This document shows positions 55,839 through 64,000 of a DNA stretch of 64,000 nucleotides, in pieces. The notes under the pieces were generated by a model, which saw only the letters and a list, made by a program, of their open reading frames with translations, was not told the DNA's origin and did not search any database. Both the position numbers and the translations under genes were made by a program. The DNA lies in assembly GCF_054482595.1 (NCBI RefSeq), contig NZ_CM137008.1. One strand, written 5' to 3'. How positions within the stretch are numbered: position 1 is the first letter of the stretch; every line of letters starts with the position of its first letter.

Positions 55839-57071
55839 ATGATTACGCACAACTTCAATACCCTGGACTTACTCACCAGTCCTGTCTGGATCGTTTCGCC
55901 CTTTGAGGAACAGTTAATTTATGCCAATAGCGCGGCGCGACTGTTGATGCAAGACCTCACGTTTAGTCAGCTACGAACCGGTCCCTATTCCGTCTCCTCA
56001 CAAAAAGAACTGCCGAAATACCTCTCCGATCTGCAAAACCAACACGATATTATCGAAATCCTCACTGTTCAGCGTAAAGAAGAGGAAACAGCATTAAGCT
56101 GTCGGCTTGTTTTGCGAGAGCTGACAGAAACAGAACCGGTGATTATTTTCGAAGGTATCGAAGCGCCGGCAACGCTGGGTTTAAAAGCCAGTCGCTCAGC
56201 AAATTATCAGCGCAAAAAACAAGGTTTTTATGCGCGCTTTTTTCTGACTAACTCTGCACCAATGTTGTTGATTGACCCGTCACGAGATGGCCAAATCGTC
56301 GATGCTAACCTCGCCGCGCTCAATTTCTATGGTTATAACCATGAAACGATGTGCCAGAAACATACCTGGGAAATAAATATGCTCGGGCGTCGCGTCATGC
56401 CTATCATGCATGAAATTTCGCATTTACCCGGCGGTCATAAACCTTTGAATTTTGTTCATAAACTGGCGGATGGATCTACTCGTCATGTGCAGACCTATGC
56501 CGGACCGATTGAAATTTATGGCGACAAGCTCATGTTATGTATTGTGCATGATATTACTGAGCAAAAACGGCTGGAGGAGCAGCTGGAACATGCTGCTCAC
56601 CATGACGCGATGACCGGATTACTGAATCGGCGACAGTTTTATCACATTACGGAACCAGGCCAAATGCAGCATCTCGCCATCGCTCAGGATTACAGCTTGT
56701 TGCTCATCGACACCGATCGTTTTAAACACATTAACGATCTCTATGGGCATTCTAAAGGTGATGAGGTGTTATGCGCCCTCGCCCGCACCCTCGAAAGTTG
56801 CGCTCGCAAAGGCGATTTGGTGTTTCGTTGGGGAGGCGAAGAGTTTGTCTTATTGCTACCAAGAACCCCACTGGATACCGCGCTTTCGCTGGCTGAAACT
56901 ATCCGCGTAAGCGTGGCAAAAGTGAGTATTTCGGGCTTACCACGCTTTACCGTCAGCATTGGTGTGGCGCATCACGAAGGAAATGAAAGCATCGATGAAC
57001 TGTTTAAACGCGTTGATGATGCTTTGTATCGGGCGAAAAATGATGGACGCAACCGCGTGCTGGCGGCATAA
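55839..57071 (+). CDS. dgcM: Diguanylate cyclase DgcM (PAS-PAS-GGDEF)
   Basis: Track ORF trimmed to MITHNFNTLDLLTSPVW... (410 aa); GGEEF active-site motif (RWGGEEFVLLL). Confidence 0.85.
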   Translation: MITHNFNTLDLLTSPVWIVSPFEEQLIYANSAARLLMQDLTFSQLRTGPYSVSSQKELPKYLSDLQNQHDIIEILTVQRKEEETALSCRLVLRELTETEPVIIFEGIEAPATLGLKASRSANYQRKKQGFYARFFLTNSAPMLLIDPSRDGQIVDANLAALNFYGYNHETMCQKHTWEINMLGRRVMPIMHEISHLPGGHKPLNFVHKLADGSTRHVQTYAGPIEIYGDKLMLCIVHDITEQKRLEEQLEHAAHHDAMTGLLNRRQFYHITEPGQMQHLAIAQDYSLLLIDTDRFKHINDLYGHSKGDEVLCALARTLESCARKGDLVFRWGGEEFVLLLPRTPLDTALSLAETIRVSVAKVSISGLPRFTVSIGVAHHEGNESIDELFKRVDDALYRAKNDGRNRVLAA

Positions 57072-57091
57072 GCCGCGGATGCGTCTCGAGA

Positions 57092-57655
57092 TCAACGACT
57101 GCGCTTAGCGTGGCGCTCCCAGTTTTCTTGCTTCGCCTGCGCCGTTTTACGTAGTGCGACGTAACACGCCCCGCTGCCGCCATGATGCGGTAGCGCGGTG
57201 CAATATGCCTGAACATCATCAAATTCGGTCAGCCAGCGCGCCACATAGCTGCGGACAATATTGGCATGCGATTTATCATCCCGCCCTTTACCATGAATAA
57301 TCAGCACGTTACGCAAACCATCCGCCAGGGCTTGTTGAATAAAACTGAACACCATTTTGCGGCACTCTTCCACCGGCTGGCGCAAAAGATTCAGGCTCGC
57401 CTGTTGCGGATATTTACCACTGCGCAGCTTATCCAGCACCCCATGTTGCAACCCTTCCCGCCGAAACTCCAGCGGCTGACTTAGTGGGATAATGTCGAGA
57501 AATCCGGTAGTGAGGAAATTATCAAGCTGCAGCGTGTCGATACGCTGTGGCGCACGTTGGTTACGCGTGGGATGCCAGTGGACATCGGTAGCACGTTTCA
57601 GCGGCTGGACATCTTCCATGGCGTCAAGAAACAGCGATTTGTCGTCAAGGTTCAT
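57092..57655 (-). CDS. smrA: Smr-domain DNA endonuclease SmrA
   Basis: 187-aa ORF with C-terminal Smr domain. Confidence 0.85.
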   Translation of the reverse strand: MNLDDKSLFLDAMEDVQPLKRATDVHWHPTRNQRAPQRIDTLQLDNFLTTGFLDIIPLSQPLEFRREGLQHGVLDKLRSGKYPQQASLNLLRQPVEECRKMVFSFIQQALADGLRNVLIIHGKGRDDKSHANIVRSYVARWLTEFDDVQAYCTALPHHGGSGACYVALRKTAQAKQENWERHAKRSR

Positions 57656-57881
57656 GTTACATCCTCCCGCAATTAAGAGCGCGATATGATAACCAGACCG
57701 GGTCGGTCCAACAACGTATTACCCAAAATTCCAGTAATAAGTTCCAAATGTTGCCGATATTTTAAGCAAAATGCTTATGCATGATTATTCATTCACGATA
57801 TTAATAATGTAACTTATATTTTCGTGAAATCTGTCACTGAAGAAAATTGGCAACTAAAGGTTAAAACCGTTATAACACAGT

Positions 57882-57976
57882 CACCGGCGCAGAGGAGACA
57901 ATGCCGGATTTAAGACGCGGATGCACTGCTGTGTGTACTATAGAGTCTGGCGGATGTCGACAGACTCTATTTTTTT
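57882..57976 (+). ncRNA. mcaS: McaS (IsrA) small RNA
   Basis: sigma70-like promoter TTGGCA-N18-TATAAC (57846-57875), transcript ACCGGCGCAGAGGAGACAATGCCGG...TAGAGTCTGGCGGATGTCGACAGACTCTA plus T7; matches McaS as I remember it. Confidence 0.75.
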
Positions 57977-57984
57977 ATGCAGTT

Positions 57985-58893
57985 TTAACTTTGCAGATAG
58001 CCGCATTCTCGCCGGAATTGCGTGATTAATGACGCGGTCAGTGGTGTCTGGCGACTATCACGCCGCTGAATCAAATAATAGGCCGCTTTCGGTAAAATTT
58101 CGCTAACCGGCAACATCACCAGCCCCTGTCCGTGCAAGGGATCGCAGCCCATTTCTTCAGGCAGTATGCTGAGAAAATCGCTTTTTGCCACCAGACTGAT
58201 ACAGGCTGAGAACGTCTCGCAGACTACACCGACCTGTGGCGTTTGCGCCTGATCGTCAAGCAATTCACTCAACTGTTTGTAGTAGCTGCCGTGTGGCGTC
58301 GGCATTGTCCAGCTGTAATCCAGTAACTGTTTGATCGAACGGGCACCAATGGCGGGGTGTCCCGGGCGGCAAAAGATCGCGAATTGCTTTTCCAGTAATT
58401 TCTCAAAAGTAAATTCGTGGTCGTACGATCCCTGATAATAGGTATTGATGGTGAAATCCAATTCTCCCTGACGCAATTCATTAATCATCGACACCAGTTG
58501 CCCTTCCATAATGCGTACTTTTACCTGCGGATGCTGCTGATGAAAACGAGATATGACAGCTGGCATCAGACTGCGGGAAATACTGGCCCCCATGCCGATA
58601 TTAATCTGCCCTGCCAGTTGCCCTTGTCGTTGGCGAATATCCTCTTGGGCTGCGCGCAGCTCTTCAAGAATAAGACTGGCGTGCTGATAAAAACTTTCAC
58701 CGGCATCAGTTAACGTCACGCCTTTACTACGGCGAAAAAAGAGTTGCGCCGCTAACCCTTCTTCCAGCTCCTGAATAGATTTACTCAGTGCCGGTTGCGA
58801 CATATTCAACATTCGGCTCGCTCCGCGAATGCTGCCCTGACGAGCCACTTCAACAAAAGCCCGAATTTGATGAATTTTTACCTGAAAAGCCAT
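57985..58893 (-). CDS. abgR: LysR-family regulator AbgR
   Basis: 302-aa ORF with N-terminal HTH (GSIRGASRMLNMSQPALSKSIQELE). Confidence 0.9.
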   Translation of the reverse strand: MAFQVKIHQIRAFVEVARQGSIRGASRMLNMSQPALSKSIQELEEGLAAQLFFRRSKGVTLTDAGESFYQHASLILEELRAAQEDIRQRQGQLAGQINIGMGASISRSLMPAVISRFHQQHPQVKVRIMEGQLVSMINELRQGELDFTINTYYQGSYDHEFTFEKLLEKQFAIFCRPGHPAIGARSIKQLLDYSWTMPTPHGSYYKQLSELLDDQAQTPQVGVVCETFSACISLVAKSDFLSILPEEMGCDPLHGQGLVMLPVSEILPKAAYYLIQRRDSRQTPLTASLITQFRRECGYLQS

Positions 58894-59068
58894 GACGCCA
58901 CCGATAACCGTTATTTATCAGACCAAAGAAACTGGCATCTACTTTAATGCAGATGATTGTGTCAGGGTAATTTATGAACGGTTAAAACTGTGAAAAATCA
59001 GTTAGTGATAAGTAAAAACTATCGCTACGTGAACCGGGTCACACTTTTTACTGATGACGGGAAAGGTT

Positions 59069-60379
59069 ATGGAGTATTTGAATCAATTTGTTAATTCGCT
59101 TGCCCCAAAATTATCGCACTGGCGACGTGATTTTCATCACTATGCAGAGTCTGGCTGGGTGGAATTCCGCACTGCCACCCTTGTTGCGGAAGAATTGCAG
59201 CAGCTCGGCTATTCACTGGCGCTGGGCCGCGAAGTAGTTAATGAAAGTAGCCGGATGGGACTACCTGATGAACTCACTCTACAACGCGAATTCGAGCGCG
59301 CTCGTCAACAGGGTGCGCTAGCACAATGGATTGCGGCTTTTGAAGGTGGTTTCACTGGTATCGTCGCCACCCTGGATACCGGTCGCCCCGGTCCGGTGAT
59401 GGCTTTCCGTGTCGATATGGACGCGCTGGATCTCAGTGAAGAGCAGGATGTCAGCCATCGCCCCTACCGCGACGGTTTTGTGTCATGTAACGCCGGAATG
59501 ATGCATGCCTGTGGTCATGATGGGCATACCGCCATTGGGCTTGGGCTGGCGCATACCCTTAAACAGTTCGAGTCCGGACTACATGGCATCATCAAACTGA
59601 TTTTTCAACCTGCAGAAGAAGGTACGCGTGGCGCGCGGGCGATGGTCGATGCAGGTGTAGTGGATGATGTTGATTATTTTACTGCCGTGCACATTGGCAC
59701 TGGCGTACCTGCGGGCACCGTGGTGTGCGGCAGTGATAATTTTATGGCAACCACCAAATTTGACGCGCACTTCACCGGGACCGCCGCTCACGCAGGCGCA
59801 AAACCAGAAGACGGTCACAATGCCTTGTTGGCGGCAGCACAAGCAACTCTTGCACTGCATGCAATCGCCCCGCACAGCGAAGGCGCTTCCAGAGTAAACG
59901 TGGGCGTTATGCAGGCAGGAAGCGGTCGTAATGTTGTTCCTGCCTCGGCGTTGCTGAAAGTGGAAACACGCGGGGCCAGCGACGTCATTAATCAATATGT
60001 TTTTGACCGTGCACAACAAGCGATTCAGGGCGCAGCAACCATGTATGGTGTCGGCGTTGAAATTCGTCTGATGGGTGCAGCTACCGCCAGTTCTCCTTCG
60101 CCGCAATGGGTCGCATGGTTGCAAAGTCAGGCGGCTCAGGTCGCGAGGGTCAATCAGGCCATTGAACGTGTCGAAGCGCCTGCGGGTTCCGAAGATGCCA
60201 CATTAATGATGGCCCGCGTGCAGCAACATCAAGGGCAAGCCTCCTACATGGTGTTTGGCACACAGCTGGCGGCAGGTCATCACAACGAAAAATTCGATTT
60301 TGACGAGCAGGTTCTCGCTATTGCCGTCGAAACGCTGGCGCGCACCGCGCTCAATTTTCCCTGGACGCGAGGTATCTGA
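59069..60379 (+). CDS. abgA: p-Aminobenzoyl-glutamate hydrolase subunit A (M20 peptidase family)
   Basis: Track ORF trimmed to MEYLNQFVNSLAPKLSHWRRDFHH... (436 aa). Confidence 0.85.
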   Translation: MEYLNQFVNSLAPKLSHWRRDFHHYAESGWVEFRTATLVAEELQQLGYSLALGREVVNESSRMGLPDELTLQREFERARQQGALAQWIAAFEGGFTGIVATLDTGRPGPVMAFRVDMDALDLSEEQDVSHRPYRDGFVSCNAGMMHACGHDGHTAIGLGLAHTLKQFESGLHGIIKLIFQPAEEGTRGARAMVDAGVVDDVDYFTAVHIGTGVPAGTVVCGSDNFMATTKFDAHFTGTAAHAGAKPEDGHNALLAAAQATLALHAIAPHSEGASRVNVGVMQAGSGRNVVPASALLKVETRGASDVINQYVFDRAQQAIQGAATMYGVGVEIRLMGAATASSPSPQWVAWLQSQAAQVARVNQAIERVEAPAGSEDATLMMARVQQHQGQASYMVFGTQLAAGHHNEKFDFDEQVLAIAVETLARTALNFPWTRGI

Positions 60380-61824
60380 TGCAGGAAATCTATCGTTTTA
60401 TCGACGATGCGATTGAAGCCGATCGCCAACGTTATACCGATATTGCCGATCAAATCTTGGATCATCCAGAAACACGTTTTGAAGAGTTCTGGTCAGCGGA
60501 GCATCTGGCTTCGGCGCTGGAATCTGCAGGCTTCACCGTTACCCGCAACGTAGGCAATATCCCAAATGCCTTTATTGCTTCGTTTGGTCAAGGCAAACCG
60601 GTTATCGCCCTGCTGGGAGAATATGACGCCCTGGCAGGTTTAAGTCAGCAAGCAGGTTGCGCGCAACCTACATCCGCGACGCCCGGTGAAAATGGTCACG
60701 GTTGCGGACACAATTTGCTGGGAACCGCCGCCTTTGCCGCTGCAATAACCGTCAAGAAATGGCTGGAACAATATGGGCAAGGCGGCACGGTGCGCTTTTA
60801 TGGTTGTCCTGGCGAAGAAGGCGGCTCGGGTAAAACGTTCATGGTTCGCGAGGGGGTATTTGATGATGTGGATGCGGCACTCACCTGGCACCCGGAAGCC
60901 TTTGCCGGTATGTTCAATACCCGCACGCTGGCAAACATTCAGGCATCATGGCGCTTTAAAGGGATCGCAGCACATGCCGCGAATTCCCCTCATTTGGGAC
61001 GCAGCGCCCTTGATGCCGTAACGTTGATGACCACTGGCACCAACTTCCTCAACGAACATATTATTGAAAAAGCGCGCGTACACTATGCCATCACAAATAG
61101 CGGCGGGATCTCGCCCAACGTGGTCCAGGCGCAGGCAGAAGTGCTTTATCTTATCCGCGCCCCCGAAATGACCGACGTGCAGCATATTTATGATCGGGTC
61201 GCCAAAATCGCCGAAGGTGCGGCATTGATGACCGAAACCACGGTTGAATGCCGCTTCGACAAAGCCTGTTCCAGTTATCTCCCGAATCGCACCTTAGAAA
61301 ATGCCATGTACCAGGCCCTATCCCATTTTGGTACCCCGGAATGGAACTCCGAAGAACTGGCTTTTGCGAGACAAATTCAGGCTACGCTCACCTCCAACGA
61401 TCGGCAAAACAGTCTGAATAATATCGCCGCAACCGGTGGCGAAAACGGCAAGGTTTTTGCACTACGTCATCGTGAAACGGTACTGGCGAATGAGGTCGCT
61501 CCATATGCCGCCACCGATAACGTGCTTGCGGCATCGACTGATGTCGGCGACGTCAGTTGGAAACTGCCTGTTGCCCAGTGTTTCAGCCCCTGTTTTGCCG
61601 TCGGTACACCGCTACATACGTGGCAACTGGTTAGCCAGGGGCGAACATCTATTGCTCATAAAGGAATGCTGCTGGCGGCGAAAACTATGGCAGCAACCAC
61701 AGTCAATCTCTTCATTGATTCAGGGCTATTGCAAGAATGCCAACAAGAGCATCAGCAAGTTACGGACACGCAACCGTATCACTGCCCTATCCCGAAAAAC
61801 GTGACACCGTCACCTTTAAAATAA
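60379..61824 (+). CDS. abgB: p-Aminobenzoyl-glutamate hydrolase subunit B (M20 peptidase family)
   Basis: 481-aa ORF; start overlaps abgA stop. Confidence 0.9.
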   Translation: MQEIYRFIDDAIEADRQRYTDIADQILDHPETRFEEFWSAEHLASALESAGFTVTRNVGNIPNAFIASFGQGKPVIALLGEYDALAGLSQQAGCAQPTSATPGENGHGCGHNLLGTAAFAAAITVKKWLEQYGQGGTVRFYGCPGEEGGSGKTFMVREGVFDDVDAALTWHPEAFAGMFNTRTLANIQASWRFKGIAAHAANSPHLGRSALDAVTLMTTGTNFLNEHIIEKARVHYAITNSGGISPNVVQAQAEVLYLIRAPEMTDVQHIYDRVAKIAEGAALMTETTVECRFDKACSSYLPNRTLENAMYQALSHFGTPEWNSEELAFARQIQATLTSNDRQNSLNNIAATGGENGKVFALRHRETVLANEVAPYAATDNVLAASTDVGDVSWKLPVAQCFSPCFAVGTPLHTWQLVSQGRTSIAHKGMLLAAKTMAATTVNLFIDSGLLQECQQEHQQVTDTQPYHCPIPKNVTPSPLK

Positions 61825-61857
61825 CAACAACGCAAACACAACAACCGAGGAATGCCC

Positions 61858-63384
61858 ATGAGTATGTCATCCATACCGTCGTCCTCCCAATCCGGGAAGC
61901 TCTATGGCTGGGTCGAAAGAATTGGTAACAAGGTTCCCCATCCTTTTTTGCTCTTTATCTATTTGATAATCGTACTCATGGTGACGACGGCAATTTTGTC
62001 AGCCTTTGGCGTCAGTGCGAAAAACCCGACCGATGGTACGCCGGTGGTGGTGAAAAACCTGCTCAGTGTGGAAGGATTACACTGGTTTTTACCCAATGTG
62101 ATTAAAAACTTTAGCGGTTTTGCTCCACTTGGAGCGATCCTGGCGCTGGTTTTAGGTGCCGGCCTAGCGGAGCGCGTCGGCTTACTGCCAGCGCTAATGG
62201 TTAAAATGGCATCGCATGTTAATGCCCGCTACGCCAGTTATATGGTGCTGTTTATTGCTTTTTTCAGCCACATTTCTTCCGATGCGGCGTTAGTGATCAT
62301 GCCACCGATGGGTGCGCTGATTTTTCTGGCGGTGGGCAGGCATCCAGTTGCAGGTTTACTGGCCGCCATTGCAGGCGTAGGTTGCGGCTTCACGGCTAAT
62401 TTACTGATTGTCACAACCGACGTGTTGCTGTCGGGGATCAGCACGGAAGCGGCGGCTGCGTTCAATCCGCAAATGCACGTCAGTGTAATTGATAACTGGT
62501 ATTTTATGGCCAGCTCCGTAGTCGTACTGACGATTGTTGGCGGCCTGATAACCGACAAAATCATCGAGCCACGGTTAGGTCAATGGCAGGGAAACAGCGA
62601 TGAGAAACTGCAGACATTGACCGAAAGTCAGCGTTTTGGTTTACGCATAGCAGGTGTCGTATCGCTACTTTTTATTGCTGCGATCGCGCTGATGGTGATC
62701 CCGGAAAACGGGATATTGCGCGATCCGATTAATCACACCGTGATGCCATCACCCTTTATTAAAGGTATCGTGCCACTGATCATTCTTTTTTTCTTTGTTG
62801 TCTCGCTGGCTTATGGCATCGCTACCCGCACAATTCGACGTCAGGCGGATTTACCGCATTTAATGATTGAACCGATGAAAGAGATGGCGGGATTTATCGT
62901 GATGGTTTTTCCCCTAGCCCAGTTTGTCGCCATGTTTAACTGGAGCAACATGGGGAAATTCATCGCCGTGGGGCTGACCGATATACTTGAAAGTTCAGGG
63001 CTTAGCGGCATCCCGGCGTTTGTCGGTCTGGCGTTGCTTTCCTCTTTCTTATGCATGTTTATTGCCAGCGGTTCCGCAATCTGGTCGATTCTGGCCCCCA
63101 TTTTCGTACCAATGTTTATGCTACTTGGCTTTCACCCGGCATTTGCGCAAATCCTCTTTCGTATTGCCGACTCATCCGTATTGCCTTTAGCGCCGGTATC
63201 TCCTTTTGTTCCACTGTTTCTTGGATTCCTGCAACGCTACAAACCAGACGCGAAACTGGGTACTTACTATTCGTTAGTCTTGCCCTATCCGCTTATCTTT
63301 TTGGTGGTATGGCTGCTGATGTTGCTGGCGTGGTATCTTGTCGGTCTGCCGATAGGTCCGGGTATTTACCCACGTTTGTCTTAA
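61858..63384 (+). CDS. abgT: p-Aminobenzoyl-glutamate transporter AbgT
   Basis: Track ORF trimmed to [30 protein letters not shown]... (508 aa), polytopic. Confidence 0.85.
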
Positions 63385-63394
63385 GAGAGAACGG

Positions 63395-63910
63395 ATGCTG
63401 AGATTACTTGAAGAAAAAATTGCCACGCCACTGGGTCCACTGTGGGTGATTTGCGATGAGCAATTTCGCCTGCGGGCGGTTGAATGGGAAGAGTACAGCG
63501 AACGCATGGTGCAGCTGCTGGACATCCATTATCGCAAAGAAGGCTATGAGCGCATTTCTGCCACCAACCCAGGTGGTTTAAGCGACAAGCTTCGTGAATA
63601 TTTTGCCGGTAATCTTAGCATTATTGATACGCTTCCCACTGCCACGGGGGGGACGCCATTTCAGCGCGAAGTCTGGAAAACACTGCGCACTATCCCCTGC
63701 GGGCAGGTAATGCATTATGGCCAACTGGCTGAACAATTAGGCCGCCCTGGCGCGGCGCGTGCCGTTGGTGCGGCAAACGGATCGAATCCCATCAGCATCG
63801 TCGTACCTTGCCATCGGGTTATTGGCCGAAACGGCACCATGACCGGATATGCAGGCGGAGTTCAGCGAAAAGAGTGGTTATTGCGCCACGAAGGTTATCT
63901 TTTGCTGTAA
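63395..63910 (+). CDS. ogt: O6-methylguanine-DNA methyltransferase
   Basis: 171-aa ORF with active-site PCHRV motif ([10 protein letters not shown]). Confidence 0.9.
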
Positions 63911-64000
63911 ACATTAAACAATTTGTGCCAGCTTGTTCACACTTTTATGTAAAGTTACCCTTAACAACTTAAGGGTTTTCAAATAGATAGACATATATTT

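Noticed and set aside
57901-58029. 42-codon ORF with SD inside McaS
   Set aside because: Frame runs through the McaS terminator hairpin and into abgR, so it cannot be contained in the sRNA transcript

Overview
The window reads as a contiguous stretch of Escherichia coli chromosomal backbone, co-linear (reverse-complemented) with the K-12 interval ydcP...ogt; gene names are assigned from recognised protein and sRNA sequences, not from any database search. About 55 protein genes are called, including tehAB, trg, hrpA, aldA, ldhA, the pyruvate:flavodoxin oxidoreductase ydbK, ompN, ttcA, dbpA and the abgR/abgABT locus. Four small RNAs missing from the ORF track were recognised by sequence and promoter/terminator architecture (RydC, MicC, FnrS, McaS), together with the hokB/mokB/sokB type I toxin-antitoxin locus. 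One IS200/IS605-family (IS609-like) element sits between ydcO and ydcL, with an intact TnpB and a TnpA interrupted by an in-frame stop. Compared with K-12 as I remember it, this strain lacks the Rac prophage next to ttcA and the feaRB-tynA-paa island between ydbL and ydbA, and has uninterrupted gapC and ydbA (both pseudogenes in K-12). I did not find a clearly novel multi-gene system. The most under-explained elements are the ynbABCD operon (phospholipid-enzyme-like domains, unknown product), the solo TnpB locus, a proline-rich 56-codon ORF upstream of dbpA, and the 30-bp tandem repeat array inside the intact ydbA autotransporter. No CRISPR array, rRNA or tRNA was seen. All coordinates come from manual reading, so small-feature boundaries may be off by a few bases.
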